A stretch of 64,000 nucleotides of DNA, taken from NCBI GenBank assembly GCA_021775315.1, contig JAJFIC010000027.1:8759-72758 (forward strand). The letters run 5' to 3'. Both the position numbers and the translations under genes were made by a program. Below the pieces are notes generated by a model. It saw only the letters and a list, made by a program, of their open reading frames with translations, made no database searches and had not been told where the DNA came from. Of the stretch, positions 36,173 through 47,775 are shown piece by piece (position 1 is the stretch's first letter; every line of letters starts with the position of its first letter). The stretch is from Paracoccaceae bacterium (GTDB lineage Bacteria; Pseudomonadota; Alphaproteobacteria; Rhodobacterales; Rhodobacteraceae).

Positions 36173-37264
36173 CTAGTCGCGGATTTCGGTGTTGAACACG
36201 CCGGGCAAACTGGCTTCGAGCAATTCCAGATCATCCGAGCAATTTGCATAGGAAACCGCCATGCCGGGCGGGATGACAAAGGCGTCGCCAGCCTTAAGCT
36301 TGCGATCCTGATGGTCAACAGATTGCAGCGTCATGCTGCCTTCAAGCACAAAGGTGAAATGGATGTCTGTATCATGCGCGGTTTGCAGCGCGATGCCGCC
36401 ATCATAGCGCACAACCTGAATACCGGCGACGCCTTTGGTGCCTTTGGCGATGCCGGTGTCACGACAGACAAAGCCCGGAACGCGAAACGGCTGCCATGTT
36501 GCCTGATCTTTGATGTGGTGAACGAATGTCTGGCCCTGCCATTCGCGTGCCGGATCGCCTTGGCCATTCGGCAGGGCCATTTCGTGGTCGATTGTGGTGA
36601 TATGTTCCGCCGGAACACCAATTTCGATCACCTCGATATCGGGCGAGGCATGGCAGACGCGATGGCGGATTTCGGGTGGTTGGATGACGCAATCGCCGGC
36701 GTGCAGCCGTAGCATTTCGTCGCCCTGATCCTCGTACAGAACGTCAACCCAACCCTTGTAGCAGTAAATAAGCTGAAAACCGACGGTGTGGTAATGCACC
36801 ATGTCAGGCACCGGCCCACCATCGGGAATGCGGATATGGCTGGCAATGATCGACCCGCCCAGCCGGGATGGGATCAGATCGCGGTAATGCATGCCTGCGC
36901 GTCCGATGATCCAGGGAGCCTCATCACGCAGGCGGCGCACCACAAAGGCGTGTTCGGTTGTGGGCATGACGATGGCCGGAGTCAGCGGGGCGATTTCAAC
37001 CTTGGTGCCGTTCGGTGCGGTCAGTTCCGTCGCGCCGTCAGCAAAATCGCCGGGCGTATCGGTTAGGATGCGCAGGGTTCCCGGCGCTTCCGTCGCACCC
37101 TTTTCGATGCGTATGCGCAGGCCATGGCCCGACAGAACCGCCACGGATGGATTGTCCGCCGGAAAGATTGATTCAAGTCGCATGCCCAGCTTTTGGGTGT
37201 AAAACGGCAGATCGTCGCGCAATTCCTGTGTGGGAAGGCGAATTTCGGCTTGGGCTTGTGACAT
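36173..37264 (-). CDS. Bicupin-domain protein
   Basis: Start at ATG 37264 (MSQAQAEIRL). Two cupin-like halves (..HYHTVGFQLIYCYKGWVDVLYEDQG..LHAGDCVIQPP and ..HDTDIHFTFVLEGSMTLQ..LKAGDAFVIPPG). Confidence 0.65.
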   Translation of the reverse strand: MSQAQAEIRLPTQELRDDLPFYTQKLGMRLESIFPADNPSVAVLSGHGLRIRIEKGATEAPGTLRILTDTPGDFADGATELTAPNGTKVEIAPLTPAIVMPTTEHAFVVRRLRDEAPWIIGRAGMHYRDLIPSRLGGSIIASHIRIPDGGPVPDMVHYHTVGFQLIYCYKGWVDVLYEDQGDEMLRLHAGDCVIQPPEIRHRVCHASPDIEVIEIGVPAEHITTIDHEMALPNGQGDPAREWQGQTFVHHIKDQATWQPFRVPGFVCRDTGIAKGTKGVAGIQVVRYDGGIALQTAHDTDIHFTFVLEGSMTLQSVDHQDRKLKAGDAFVIPPGMAVSYANCSDDLELLEASLPGVFNTEIRD

Positions 37265-37407
37265 TGTGCAGGCTCCCTTGATTGACGTGAACCTGCCCGA
37301 AGCCTGATGCAAGCGCAACCCGCCCGGAATGGTTGAGATTTGCCCGTACCAACGCTAGAACAATCCCAGCCGCCGCTTTGGCGTCGATGGAGGGCCGCTT
37401 GATGGTG

Positions 37408-38463
37408 ATGTCAGTCAAAGATCAGATGAAATACTGGGGCGTCGGTCTGGCGATCCTTGCCCTTGTCATGTGGTCGCTCGGCAATGTGATCCTGCCCTTT
37501 GTGGCCGGGGCAGCGATTGCCTATTTTCTTGATCCGGTGGCGGACCGGCTGGAACGGATGGGATGCACCCGCGTTGTCGCCACGGTGATTATCACTCTGG
37601 TTGCGATGTTTGCCTTTGTCGTCATGGCCCTGCTGCTGATCCCGACATTCGTCAACCAATTCGGGGCTTTGATCGCCGAAGCGCCGACTTATTCGGCGCA
37701 GATGCAGGTGTTTTTGCAGGACCAGATACCGTCCCTGATGGAGCCTGAATCAGCCCTTAGAAAATCGCTGGACAGTATTGGTGAAACATTGCGCGCCCGC
37801 AGCGGTGATTTGGCCAACACCCTGATTTCATCGGCTTTTACGGTGATTGATGTGATAATTTTCATCGTCGTTGTTCCGGTTGTGGCGTTCTATTTGCTGC
37901 TGGACTGGGACCGCATGATTGCAGTGATTGACGGCTGGCTGCCGCTGGATCATCTGGACACGTTGCGTGAACTTGCGCGCGAGGTCGATCTGGTTCTGGC
38001 GGGGTTCGTGCGGGGGCAATTAACAGTTTCGGCCATTCTTGGCGCGTTTTACGCGCTGTCCCTGATGCTGGTTGGGCTGCAGTTTGGCTTGGTGGTCGGG
38101 CTGATTGCGGGGCTGATCTCGTTCATTCCTTATGTCGGGGCGGTGTTTGGCGGGGTGTTGGCGATCGGGCTTGCACTGTTTCAGTTTTGGGCCGAACCGT
38201 GGTGGATTGGCGTGGTTGCCGGAATTTTTGTTGTCGGTCAGATTGCCGAAGGGAATTTTCTGACCCCCAAACTGGTCGGACGTTCTGTCGGGCTGCATCC
38301 GGTTTGGCTGATGTTTGCGCTGTCGGTTTTTGGCACCTTGTTTGGTTTCCTCGGCATGTTGGTAGCGGTTCCTGTAGCGGCAACTTTTGGCGTTTTCTCG
38401 CGCTTTGGTATTCGCCAATATCTGGCGGGTCGGCTGTATCAGGGGCTGGAAGGCCCGCAGTGA
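37408..38463 (+). CDS. AI-2E family transporter (PerM/UPF0118)
   Basis: About 8 predicted TM helices. FxxPFxxAxxxAYxLxP-type N-terminus (ILPFVAGAAIAYFLDPVADRLE). Start uncertain: in-frame ATGs at 37387, 37402 and 37408. Confidence 0.8.
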   Translation: MSVKDQMKYWGVGLAILALVMWSLGNVILPFVAGAAIAYFLDPVADRLERMGCTRVVATVIITLVAMFAFVVMALLLIPTFVNQFGALIAEAPTYSAQMQVFLQDQIPSLMEPESALRKSLDSIGETLRARSGDLANTLISSAFTVIDVIIFIVVVPVVAFYLLLDWDRMIAVIDGWLPLDHLDTLRELAREVDLVLAGFVRGQLTVSAILGAFYALSLMLVGLQFGLVVGLIAGLISFIPYVGAVFGGVLAIGLALFQFWAEPWWIGVVAGIFVVGQIAEGNFLTPKLVGRSVGLHPVWLMFALSVFGTLFGFLGMLVAVPVAATFGVFSRFGIRQYLAGRLYQGLEGPQ

Positions 38464-38470
38464 ACCGCCC

Positions 38471-39172
38471 GTGGCACCAACAGACAACACACAAAGCGTG
38501 AGATCAGAATTGCCTGAACAATTGACCTTTGATTTGCCAGCCAAACCGGCCCTTGGGCGGGATGCGTTTTTTGTCGGGCCGTCCAATTCACTGGCTGTGG
38601 CACGGCTTGAGGCATGGCGCGACTGGCCGGGCAGGCGTTTGATGCTTTGCGGGCCTCAGGGGTCGGGCAAAACCCATCTGGCGCATGTCTGGGCGGGTGA
38701 GACCGGGGCCGAAATCGTGTCGATTGACGTGGTGATTGAGGACAATGTCGCGCAGCTGGCGGCGCAGGATTTTCTGGTGGTTGAGAACGCCGATCAGATG
38801 GCCGGTGACGCCGCGCGCGAGGCCGCGATGTTTCATCTATACAATCTGGTTGCGGCTGAGGGTGGGTGTCTGTTGCTGACAGCGATTTCGCCACCGACGC
38901 GCTGGGGGATTGGCTTGCCTGATCTGCTCAGCCGTTTAAGCACCATCGACATTGTTGGGCTTGAGCCGCCGGATGACGCGCTGTTGGCGGCATTGCTGGT
39001 CAAATTGTTCAGGGATCGACAGATCGAAATCAGGCCGGATTTGATTGGCTATCTTGTTGCGCGGATGGACCGCTCGGCCGTGGCGGCGCAGGCTGTGGTT
39101 GAGGCTTTGGACCGCATGGCGCTGGAGCAGAAACGCCCGGTGACCCGGCGGTTGGCGGCAACGCTTTTTTGA
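38471..39172 (+). CDS. hdaA: DnaA-regulatory inactivator HdaA
   Basis: QLTFDLPAKPALGRDAFFVGPSNSLAV, then LCGPQGSGKTHLAHVW (Walker A). Start uncertain: GTG 38471 or GTG 38498; the track start overlaps the upstream gene. Confidence 0.8.
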   Translation: MAPTDNTQSVRSELPEQLTFDLPAKPALGRDAFFVGPSNSLAVARLEAWRDWPGRRLMLCGPQGSGKTHLAHVWAGETGAEIVSIDVVIEDNVAQLAAQDFLVVENADQMAGDAAREAAMFHLYNLVAAEGGCLLLTAISPPTRWGIGLPDLLSRLSTIDIVGLEPPDDALLAALLVKLFRDRQIEIRPDLIGYLVARMDRSAVAAQAVVEALDRMALEQKRPVTRRLAATLF

Positions 39173-39211
39173 TCCCGACAAAAATCGCGGGGTACAGTTG
39201 TTGAAGCCAAG

Positions 39212-39266
39212 CCGGGGGGCTGTCTGCCCCCCGGAACCCCCCGAGGATATTTGCAAAAAGCAGAAG
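39212..39266 (+). repeat. Dispersed 3'-of-gene element, partial copy C (hairpin precedes the box)
   Basis: Hairpin CCGGGGGGC-TGTCT-GCCCCCCGG (39212-39234), then CGAGGATATTTGCAAAAAGCAGAAG (39242-39266). Downstream of hdaA in the same orientation. Confidence 0.45.
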
Positions 39267-39333
39267 CAATAAGGCGTTTGGATGTCTGGACAAAATGTCT
39301 GGATTTAGGGCATAATGAACCTCTGATCCCCCT

Positions 39334-41529
39334 ATGATTGTTGCAGCCATGACCAATGCCGATTTTCTGAACGCGCCGTTTGTTGAACCCGTCGCGATCG
39401 ACTCTCTTGACACTTCCGGGCCGTCGCGGTTTTTCAACCGCGAAATGTCATGGCTGGCGTTCAACTGGCGGGTGCTGGAAGAGGCCTCGAACCCTGCGGT
39501 GCCGCTGTTGGAACGGGTGCGGTTCTTGTCGATTTCAGCGGCCAATCTGGATGAATTTTACACGGTTAGGGTTGCGGGATTGCGTGAATTGCAACGCGCC
39601 GGGGTCACGCATCCGGCTGTCGATGGGCTGACGCCGGGGGAACAGTTGGAATTGATTGACGCCAATGCGCGCGATCTGATGCTGTGCCAGCAAGAGGTTT
39701 GGGCGCAACTGAAGGCGTTGATGAAACAGGCCGGTATTTGCATTCTGACCCGCGACGCGCTTAACAAAGATGATCGCGCCCTTTTGGCCGAGCATTTCTT
39801 AAGCCAGGTCTTTCCGGTTCTTTCACCGCTGGCCATTGATCCGGCGCATCCCTTTCCGTTTATCCCCAACGAAGGCCTGTCGCTGGCGCTGGAACTGGAG
39901 CGTGAAAAGGATGGCCGCAAGCTGTTGTCTTTGCTGCCAATTCCGCCCCAGATCGACCGGTTTGTCGCCCTGCCAAGTGATGCGCAGGGACATATGCGGT
40001 TTCTGCCACTCGAAGAGGTGCTGCTGGAAAATATCGGCGCGTTATTTCCCGGCTACAAGGTCAGGGGCAATTGTTCGTTTCGGGTTTTACGCGACAGCGA
40101 TCTTGAGGTCGAGGACGAGGCCGAGGATCTGGTGCGCGAGTTTGAAACCGCCCTGAAACGTCGCCGCCGGGGCGAAGTGATCCGCCTGAGCGTGTCGGGT
40201 GACGCGCCTGAGAACCTGAAAAAGCTGGTGACGGATGCGCTGCATGTGGCGCGCGATGAGGTTATTGAAATGGGTGGCATGGTCGGGATTTCTGATCTTG
40301 GCAAATTGGTGCTGCCCAGCCGCCCTGATCTTTTGTGGCCGAAATTCACACCGCGTGTGCCAGAGCGGGTGCAGGATCACGAGGGGGATATTTTCGCGGC
40401 GATCCGCAAGAAAGACATGCTGCTGCATCACCCGTATGAAACCTTTGATATGGTGATCCGGTTTTTGAAGCAGGCCGCGGCAGACCCGGATGTGCTGGCG
40501 ATCAAGCAAACGCTTTACCGCACCAGCAATGAATCCCCCATCGTGTCGGCCCTTTGTGAAGCTGCTGAAGAGGGCAAAACCGTCACCGCATTGGTCGAGC
40601 TAAAGGCGCGCTTTGACGAGGCGGCCAATATCCGTCAGTCGCGGCGGCTGGAACGGGCCGGCGCACATGTGGTTTATGGCTTTCTTGATTGGAAAACCCA
40701 CGCCAAAATCTCGACAGTTGTGCGGCGCGAAGGTGGCCGTCTGGTCACATATACCCATTTTGGCACCGGCAATTACCATCCGATTACTGCACGGATTTAC
40801 ACCGACCTGTCGCTGTTTACCTGCGACGATGCGATGGGCCGCGACGCGACCAAAGTGTTCAATTATGTGTCGGGATATGCCAAGCCTTCGGCGCTCGAAA
40901 AACTGTCAATCTCGCCCGATGGTATGAAGCAGACCCTGCTGACGCTGATCGAGGCTGAAATTGACCATGCAACGGCTGGGCGGCCTGCGGAAATCTGGGC
41001 CAAGATGAATTCCGTGGTCGAGGCTGATGTGATCGACGCGCTTTACCGGGCCTCGGGCGCTGGGGTTAAAATCAGCCTTGTTGTGCGCGGGATTTGCGGT
41101 TTGCGGCCTGGGATCAAAGGCCTTTCGGAAAACATCCGGGTGAAATCCATCGTCGGGCGGTTTTTGGAACATTCGCGGATCGTTTGTTTTGGCAATGGTT
41201 CTGGCTTGCCGTCAAAAAAGGCGCGGGTTTTTATGTCATCGGCTGACTGGATGTCACGCAACCTGAACCGCAGGGTGGAAACCCTTGTCGAGATCACCAA
41301 CAAAACCGTGCATGCCCAAGTGATGAGCCAGATCATGACGGCAAATCTGGCGGATCAGGCGCAAAGCTGGGTTTTAGGCCCGGATGGCGTCTATTCGCGG
41401 CATCAGGGGCAAAAGGGTGAGCAATTGTTCAACTGCCACCGTTTTTTCATGGAGAACCCATCGCTGTCCGGGCGTGGTTCAGTTGGTGCAAAGGATGTGC
41501 CGGAACTGACCCACAAGAAAGATAAGTGA
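39334..41529 (+). CDS. ppk1: Polyphosphate kinase 1
   Basis: [21 protein letters not shown]-terminus. Two PLD-like HKD regions ([12 protein letters not shown]; [10 protein letters not shown]). Alternative start ATG 39349. Confidence 0.93.
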   Translation: MIVAAMTNADFLNAPFVEPVAIDSLDTSGPSRFFNREMSWLAFNWRVLEEASNPAVPLLERVRFLSISAANLDEFYTVRVAGLRELQRAGVTHPAVDGLTPGEQLELIDANARDLMLCQQEVWAQLKALMKQAGICILTRDALNKDDRALLAEHFLSQVFPVLSPLAIDPAHPFPFIPNEGLSLALELEREKDGRKLLSLLPIPPQIDRFVALPSDAQGHMRFLPLEEVLLENIGALFPGYKVRGNCSFRVLRDSDLEVEDEAEDLVREFETALKRRRRGEVIRLSVSGDAPENLKKLVTDALHVARDEVIEMGGMVGISDLGKLVLPSRPDLLWPKFTPRVPERVQDHEGDIFAAIRKKDMLLHHPYETFDMVIRFLKQAAADPDVLAIKQTLYRTSNESPIVSALCEAAEEGKTVTALVELKARFDEAANIRQSRRLERAGAHVVYGFLDWKTHAKISTVVRREGGRLVTYTHFGTGNYHPITARIYTDLSLFTCDDAMGRDATKVFNYVSGYAKPSALEKLSISPDGMKQTLLTLIEAEIDHATAGRPAEIWAKMNSVVEADVIDALYRASGAGVKISLVVRGICGLRPGIKGLSENIRVKSIVGRFLEHSRIVCFGNGSGLPSKKARVFMSSADWMSRNLNRRVETLVEITNKTVHAQVMSQIMTANLADQAQSWVLGPDGVYSRHQGQKGEQLFNCHRFFMENPSLSGRGSVGAKDVPELTHKKDK

Positions 41530-41629
41530 TCCGACGTCCAGTTTTAGCCGCCTTAGATAAACGGGTCGCTTGTGTGGTTCACTGGCAGGGATTAGGGTCT
41601 TTTGGAATGCGGATAACGGGCGGTTTCAG

Positions 41630-43171
41630 GTGACATCCAGCAAGAATTCCAAAAACCGGCGTTTGTCTGAACTGCCGCATTTTAGTTATACCGCCAAACG
41701 TAAACTCGAACGTCTTGGCGTGGTCGACGTTGGCTCAAACTCGGTTCGACTGGTGGTTTTTGACGGCGCGGCGCGCTCGCCCGCGTATTTCTTCAACGAA
41801 AAAATCCTGTGTGGGTTGGGCGAAGGCGTGGCTGAAACCGGCAAGCTGAACCCAAGGGGGCGCGATCGTGCTTTGGTCGCGTTGAAACGATTTGCCCTGT
41901 TGGCCAAGGGCATGGGGGCCGAACCGTTGTATTCTGTTGCGACCGCTGCCGTGCGTGAAGCCGATGACGGGCCGCAATTTTGCGAAGAGGTCAGAAAAGC
42001 CACGGGCTTGGTGCTGAATGTCGCCAGTGGCAAGGAAGAGGCGCGATTGTCCGCGCAAGGCGTCTTGCTGGGCTGGCCGGGCGCGCGCGGGTTGATGTGT
42101 GATATTGGCGGATCATCCATGGAACTGGCCGAGATCGCCAAAGGCGAGGTGGGCCAATGCGTGACCTCGCCGCTTGGGCCGCTCAAGCTTGCCCCGTTTC
42201 TTGAAAGCGGAACACTTGATGACGAAATTGCCCGGCAGGTGGCGCTGTTGCGCGCCAAGATGGACGGCCAATACAAAACGCTGTTTTTGGTTGGCGGGTC
42301 GTGGCGTGCGATTGCCCGTCTGGATATGGAGCGGCGCAATTACCCGCTGAAAGTGCTGCATGAATACGCGATGCAGCCCGCCGAGTTGATCGAAACGACC
42401 GACTGGATTGCCTCGCAACAGGTCGCCGAATTGCGCGCTATGACCGGATCATCGCCAGAACGGATGCGACTGGTGCCGATTGCGGCGCAGGTTCTCAAAG
42501 AACTGATACGGCAGTTTGAACCTGAGCACATCGCCACCTCCAGCTACGGTATTCGCGAGGGGCTGCTGTATCAGCAGATGCCCAAAAGCCTGCGCAAACG
42601 TGACCCGCTGATCGAGGCGTGTATTCATATGGAACGGGCCTCGGCCCGGATGCCGGGATTTGGCAAGGTTCTGTTTGAATTTCTCGCCCCCCTGTTCAAA
42701 CGCGAAAGCCGCGAACGCAAACGGCTGGTGCGCGCGGCTTGTCTTTTGCATGACGTAACATGGCGGGCCCATCCCGATTACCGCGCCGAAGTCTGCTTTG
42801 ACAATGCCACGCGGGCCAATCTGGGCGGGCTGGATCACCGGGGACGGGTGTTTTTGGGTTCGGCCCTGTTGCATCGCTATAAGAACTCGGCCAGCGGCAG
42901 CAATTTTGACGATGTCATCGCGCTGTTGGACGACAAAGACCGGCAACTGGCCGAAGTTTTGGGCAAAGCTATGCGGTTTGGTGCGATGCTGTCCGGTGCC
43001 ACAGACAATATGTCCTGCACACTTAAGATCGACAGACGGGCGGGCAGTCTTGAACTGATCCTGCAACCAAAGTCGCGCGATCTGTTTGGCGAGGTGGTGC
43101 TGGCGCGATTTGAAAGTCTGGCCAAAGCCTTGGGGTGTCAAACCAAACTGACAGTCGCCCAAGACGCATAA
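41630..43171 (+). CDS. ppx: Exopolyphosphatase (Ppx/GppA family)
   Basis: LGVVDVGSNSVRLVVFDG, DIGGSSMEL, LVGGSWRA (ASKHA fold), then an HD-like C-terminal domain (LLHDVTW). Start uncertain: GTG 41630 chosen; the track TTG is at 41570. Confidence 0.88.
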   Translation: MTSSKNSKNRRLSELPHFSYTAKRKLERLGVVDVGSNSVRLVVFDGAARSPAYFFNEKILCGLGEGVAETGKLNPRGRDRALVALKRFALLAKGMGAEPLYSVATAAVREADDGPQFCEEVRKATGLVLNVASGKEEARLSAQGVLLGWPGARGLMCDIGGSSMELAEIAKGEVGQCVTSPLGPLKLAPFLESGTLDDEIARQVALLRAKMDGQYKTLFLVGGSWRAIARLDMERRNYPLKVLHEYAMQPAELIETTDWIASQQVAELRAMTGSSPERMRLVPIAAQVLKELIRQFEPEHIATSSYGIREGLLYQQMPKSLRKRDPLIEACIHMERASARMPGFGKVLFEFLAPLFKRESRERKRLVRAACLLHDVTWRAHPDYRAEVCFDNATRANLGGLDHRGRVFLGSALLHRYKNSASGSNFDDVIALLDDKDRQLAEVLGKAMRFGAMLSGATDNMSCTLKIDRRAGSLELILQPKSRDLFGEVVLARFESLAKALGCQTKLTVAQDA

Positions 43172-43255
43172 AGGCCAGCGGTTATTGCGCTGGCCCGGTC
43201 AATCGCCTAAAGCAGAACGCGATACGAATTTCCCTTGCCTGCCGAAAGTTGCCCC

Positions 43256-44593
43256 ATGCGCCTTAGCCGATATTTCCTGCCCGTCCTGAAAGAAACCCCA
43301 TCAGAGGCGAGCATCGTCAGCCATCGGCTGATGTTGCGCGCGGGCATGATCCGTCAGGCCAGCGCCGGGATCTATTCCTGGCTGCCGATGGGTTTCAAAG
43401 TGTTGCGCAACCTTGAAAATATCGTCCACGAGGAACAAATCCGCGCTGGCCACAACCCGATGTTGATGCCAACCCTGCAATCCGCTGATCTGTGGCGCGA
43501 AAGTGGGCGTTACGAGGATTACGGCGAAGAAATGCTGCGGATCAAGGACCGGCACGGGCATGACATGCTGTATGGCCCGACGAACGAAGAACTGATTACC
43601 GATATTTTTCGCAGCACAGTCCAGTCCTACAAGCAATTGCCGCTGACGCTGTATCATATCCAGTGGAAATTCCGCGACGAACGCCGCCCTCGCTTTGGCG
43701 TGATGCGTGGTCGTGAATTTTTCATGAAGGACGGCTATAATTTTGACATCGACAAACCATCCGCCTTGCATGCCTATAACCGCCATATGGTCAGCTATCT
43801 GCGGACCTATGAACGCATGGGTCTCAAGGCGATACCGATGCGCGCTGATAGTGGTCCGATTGGTGGCGATGACACGCATGAGTTTTTGGTGCTGGCGGAT
43901 ACCGGCGAAAGCGAAGTGTTCTATGACAGCGCGATCCTTGATCTGAACCTTGGTGCGCGTGCGGTTGATTACGACGATTGGGACCAGTGCGCCGCGATCA
44001 ACACCGAATGGACAACGCCGTACGCCCGGACCGACGAAACCCATGATGAAACGCTGTATGACCAAATTCCTGAGGAACGGCGTATGTCCTCGCGCGGGAT
44101 CGAAGTTGGCCAGATATTCTATTTCGGCACAAATTATTCCGACGCGATGAACGCCAAAGTCGTTAATGCCGAGGGTGAAAACGTACCCGTTCACATGGGC
44201 AGCCACGGCATCGGTGTGTCCCGTCTTGTTGGCGCGATAATTGAGGCCAGCCATGACGACAAAGGCATCATCTGGCCTGAATCCGTGACCCCGTTCAAGG
44301 TCGGTATCGTCAATCTGAAACAGGGTGACGAACAGGCCAACGGCGCTTGCGAGGCGCTCTATAAAGAACTGACGGCACTTGGGCTTGAACCGCTTTATGA
44401 CGACCGCGAAGAACGCGCCGGTGGCAAGTTTGCAACCATGGATCTGATCGGCCTGCCATGGCGGATAACGGTTGGCCCGCGCGGGTTGAAAAACGGTGTG
44501 GTCGAACTGACCAGTCGCAAAACCGGCGTCAGCGAAGAGCTGATCCCGGCCGAGGCTGTGGCGCGATTGGTCGAGATTTACGCAGCCATCTGA
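43256..44593 (+). CDS. proS: Proline--tRNA ligase (short alphaproteobacterial type)
   Basis: [55 protein letters not shown] (class II motif 2). 445 aa from ATG 43256. Confidence 0.93.
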   Translation: MRLSRYFLPVLKETPSEASIVSHRLMLRAGMIRQASAGIYSWLPMGFKVLRNLENIVHEEQIRAGHNPMLMPTLQSADLWRESGRYEDYGEEMLRIKDRHGHDMLYGPTNEELITDIFRSTVQSYKQLPLTLYHIQWKFRDERRPRFGVMRGREFFMKDGYNFDIDKPSALHAYNRHMVSYLRTYERMGLKAIPMRADSGPIGGDDTHEFLVLADTGESEVFYDSAILDLNLGARAVDYDDWDQCAAINTEWTTPYARTDETHDETLYDQIPEERRMSSRGIEVGQIFYFGTNYSDAMNAKVVNAEGENVPVHMGSHGIGVSRLVGAIIEASHDDKGIIWPESVTPFKVGIVNLKQGDEQANGACEALYKELTALGLEPLYDDREERAGGKFATMDLIGLPWRITVGPRGLKNGVVELTSRKTGVSEELIPAEAVARLVEIYAAI

Positions 44594-44658
44594 CATGCTT
44601 GACCTTAGCGGTGATTGCACCCATCTTTGCCGCAATAAAAGTTAAAAAAGGGCAGGGC

Positions 44659-45945
44659 GTGGCGCAGTCAACTCATCCGTTTGCAGGTTTTGAATGGCTG
44701 ATCGCCTGGCGTTATCTGCGCGCCAAACGCCGCGAAGGTGGTGTATCCGTAATGACATGGATTTCGCTGGTGGGAATCGCACTGGCGGTTTTCGCATTGG
44801 TGGCGACGCTGGCGGTGCGATCAGGCTTTCGCTATGAATTTGTGCAGACCATTCTGGGTGCCAACGCCCATGTCACGGTAACTTCGTCCACATATCGCGA
44901 TGAAAACCAGCGCAAATCACGCGCCATAAAGGATTTCGATGCGATTGCCGATAATATCCGCGCGGTTCCCGGTGTTGTGCGTGCAGCACCGATTATTCGT
45001 GGCCAGCTTATGGCCTCGTTCAACGGGCGAAATGCCGGGGTTGAGGTTTTTGGCGAACGCGAGGTTGATCTGCTGACATTGCCGCTGATCGCCACGCCGG
45101 AAACCCAATATGGTGATCTGACCCGGTTTCAGCACGGCATCGCCATCGGAACCGGGGTCGCGCGTGAACTTGGCGTGGCAACCGGGGACCGTATCAAAAT
45201 CATCTCGCCCGATGGCGTGAAAACCGCCTTTGGCACCGCCCCCCGGATCAAAAGTTTCGAGGTGGTTTATGTCTTTGGCGTCGGTCGCTATGACATTGAC
45301 CGCACCCGGGTCTATATGCCGTTCGCCGAGGCGCAAAGTTACTTTAACCGTGAAGGCACCGCGGACGAGATTGAAATTCTTGTCAGCGATCCGGACAATG
45401 TCGACGATTACGTGATTCCGATCATCAGCGCCGCCGGGCCGCGTGCGCTTGTGTGGACATGGTGGGACAGTTCCGGCGGTTTTCTGCAAGCGCTTCAAAC
45501 CGAAGACAATGTGATGTTTATCATTCTGTCGATCTTGGTTCTGATCGCCTCGATGAATATCGTTTCCGGGCTGATTATGCTGGTCAAGAACAAAGGCGGC
45601 GATGTTGGCATTTTGCGCACAATGGGCCTGACCGAAGGGTCGATCATGCGGATATTCTTTATCGTCGGGGCCTCTATCGGGGTGACCGGGACATTGATCG
45701 GATTGATCGCTGGCTGTCTGTTTGCAATCTATATCGACCCGGTTTTTACCGCCGTGAACTGGGCCATGGGCGGCGGCGTCTGGGACCCTTCGGTTCGGTA
45801 TCTGTCGCAACTTCCTGCCCGGCTGGAAGTCAAAGATGCAGCCGTTGCCGTGTCGCTGTCGCTGGTGCTGTCCTTCGTCGCCACGATCTTTCCGGCAAGG
45901 CGTGCGGCCCGCATGAACCCGGTCGAGGCGCTGCGTTATGAGTGA
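44659..45945 (+). CDS. lolC: Lipoprotein-releasing ABC transporter permease (LolC/LolE family)
   Basis: GTG 44659 gives the start [27 protein letters not shown]. FtsX-type C-terminal helices. The track start at 44458 lies inside proS. Confidence 0.85.
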   Translation: MAQSTHPFAGFEWLIAWRYLRAKRREGGVSVMTWISLVGIALAVFALVATLAVRSGFRYEFVQTILGANAHVTVTSSTYRDENQRKSRAIKDFDAIADNIRAVPGVVRAAPIIRGQLMASFNGRNAGVEVFGEREVDLLTLPLIATPETQYGDLTRFQHGIAIGTGVARELGVATGDRIKIISPDGVKTAFGTAPRIKSFEVVYVFGVGRYDIDRTRVYMPFAEAQSYFNREGTADEIEILVSDPDNVDDYVIPIISAAGPRALVWTWWDSSGGFLQALQTEDNVMFIILSILVLIASMNIVSGLIMLVKNKGGDVGILRTMGLTEGSIMRIFFIVGASIGVTGTLIGLIAGCLFAIYIDPVFTAVNWAMGGGVWDPSVRYLSQLPARLEVKDAAVAVSLSLVLSFVATIFPARRAARMNPVEALRYE

Positions 45946-46624
45946 TCCGGTCCTCAGCCTGCGTGGTATCACCAAGACCTATATGCAGGGGCAAGAGGGC
46001 GAAGTGCAGGTTCTGCGCGGCGTTGATCTTGATCTGCAACCCGGCGAAATCGTCGCCCTTGTGGCACCTTCTGGCGCGGGCAAATCGACTTTGCTGCATA
46101 TCGCTGGTCTGCTGGACACATCTGACAGCGGCAGCCTGCTGTTATGCGGCAAAGACCTTGGCGGCCAAAACGACCGGCGTCGCACCGCTGCGCGTCGTCA
46201 GGATGTTGGCTTTATCTACCAGTTTCACCACCTGCTGCCGGAATTTACCGCTGTTGAAAACGTCCTGCTTGCCCAGCTTGCCAACGGCACGCCACGCCCA
46301 AAGGCCGAGGCGCGGTCGCGTGATCTGTTGACCCGCGTTGGTCTGGCGGAACGGATGGACCATCGCCCGGCAGAACTGTCCGGCGGTGAACAACAACGGG
46401 TCGCCTTTTGCCGGGCGCTGGCCAACCAGCCGCAAATCCTGCTGGCGGATGAGCCGACGGGCAACCTTGACCCCGAAACCTCAGCGCAGGTGTTTGACAT
46501 CCTGACCGGGCTTGTGCGCGAAACCGGTCTGGCGGCGCTGATCGCAACCCATAATCTGGACCTAGCGGCGCGCATGGACCGGGTGTTGCGGCTTGAGGCT
46601 GGCAGTCTGGTCGAAACGCCTTAA
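45938..46624 (+). CDS. lolD: Lipoprotein-releasing system ATP-binding protein LolD
   Basis: Walker [13 protein letters not shown], signature [15 protein letters not shown], Walker [13 protein letters not shown]. Overlaps lolC by 8 nt. Confidence 0.9.
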   Translation: MSDPVLSLRGITKTYMQGQEGEVQVLRGVDLDLQPGEIVALVAPSGAGKSTLLHIAGLLDTSDSGSLLLCGKDLGGQNDRRRTAARRQDVGFIYQFHHLLPEFTAVENVLLAQLANGTPRPKAEARSRDLLTRVGLAERMDHRPAELSGGEQQRVAFCRALANQPQILLADEPTGNLDPETSAQVFDILTGLVRETGLAALIATHNLDLAARMDRVLRLEAGSLVETP

Positions 46625-47637
46625 CTGCCGCAAATCCCCTGCAATCCGACCCAGTCAGTATCGCTCAGCAACGGCGTGTAGGCTTGCGCGCGGTAAGGAT
46701 CGGCCTCGATCAGGGTCAGGGTGGTTTCGCCAGAAATATCAATGGCATAGGCCAGTGGACTGCTGGCAAATCCAACCGTTTTAAAGCGCGCCAACAGGGC
46801 CTCATTCGCGGGCATCGGGTCGATTTGGGTCAACACAAACTCAGCATAATCGCGCAAGGCGTCAGTGCTGATCTTGCCTGTCGTCAGCAGACGAAAGGCC
46901 TCAAGCCCGCCCGCATGTTGCAACAGTTGCGCCAGCGGATCACTGGCTTTGGCCCGAAGCTGTTCCAGCAAAACATAGCCCGCAGCCACCTCGACTTGTT
47001 CATGATCCTCAACCAGCACTTTGTTCAGCAGGATGTAACCACCCGGCAAATGCGCGCTTTTGGCAATGCCATCGCCCAGAACCAATATCCGGCTGCGAAC
47101 GTCCGCCTGCAATCGGGTTTTCAGTTTGATCAAGGCGCGATTCCCCGAACTGGTCGAACACTGCGCACCTGTCAGCTTTGTGATATGGCCCAGGATTTCG
47201 CCGCCGATTTGTTTGCGGGTTTCAAACGGAACCACACGCACGGTGTGACGTTCCAACGCGCCCGGCAGCCAAAAGAAACCCAATGAGCCGATCACAACGC
47301 TGATGGCCAAAAGTATCCATAACCGCAGGCGACCCGGATGCGGGCGGCGGCGGTTTATCGCAGCGCGAACCTGTTCGATCGCCTCGACCATCGTCTCATC
47401 GCTCAACTCAAGGGTTTCACTGGCGTCAGGGGTCGGGGAATACAGCGCCGGTTCTTTGCCGGGATTAAGCCGCTGAACCGCAGGCAGCGACCAATGCGAC
47501 AGCACCTCGTCCTTTTGATTGCGAATCATCAAAGATGTGTCGCCAAACCCCACGTAAACCTCGCGCCGCTGCATAGCAGGGGATTCCCGCCACAGCCCCG
47601 AGGCCTCTAATTTCTCATATTGTTTGAGCGCAGTCAT
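46621..47637 (-). CDS. Hypothetical single-pass membrane protein
   Basis: 338-aa ORF. Cytoplasmic N-domain ([36 protein letters not shown]), TM helix [22 protein letters not shown]-terminal domain of unknown family. The convergent stop overlaps lolD at TTAA. Confidence 0.5.
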   Translation of the reverse strand: MTALKQYEKLEASGLWRESPAMQRREVYVGFGDTSLMIRNQKDEVLSHWSLPAVQRLNPGKEPALYSPTPDASETLELSDETMVEAIEQVRAAINRRRPHPGRLRLWILLAISVVIGSLGFFWLPGALERHTVRVVPFETRKQIGGEILGHITKLTGAQCSTSSGNRALIKLKTRLQADVRSRILVLGDGIAKSAHLPGGYILLNKVLVEDHEQVEVAAGYVLLEQLRAKASDPLAQLLQHAGGLEAFRLLTTGKISTDALRDYAEFVLTQIDPMPANEALLARFKTVGFASSPLAYAIDISGETTLTLIEADPYRAQAYTPLLSDTDWVGLQGICGS

Positions 47638-47710
47638 GCTGCCCGATGCCCGCCCGATTTTTGTCCCTGCGGCAGGTATACCGGATTAAATCAGCCAAAT
47701 CCACGCCGAT

Positions 47711-47751
47711 AAATGCAAAAGGCCACCCAAACGCCTATGCGTCGGATGGCC
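47711..47751 (-). terminator. Terminator candidate for the RTX gene
   Basis: Imperfect hairpin at 47721-47751 (GGCCA..TGGCC outer stem, ACGC-CTAT-GCGT inner stem). On the minus strand it is followed by TTTTGCATTTAT. Confidence 0.4.
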
Positions 47752-47775
47752 AAAGCTTGATAGGTCTGTCTGGCT

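Noticed and set aside
43301-45975. Long antisense ORFs: 43301..44635 (444 aa, minus strand) and 44917..45975 (352 aa, minus strand).
   Set aside because: They lie entirely antisense to the well-supported proS and lolC genes. Their translations are Arg/Gly/Pro/His-rich and low in complexity, as expected for the opposite strand of high-G+C genes. The same applies to 24937..25605, 15437..16123, 30558..31220, 34201..34935, 41686..42339, 42449..43162, 55024..55671, 56107..56994, 60363..61241 and 11330..11905.
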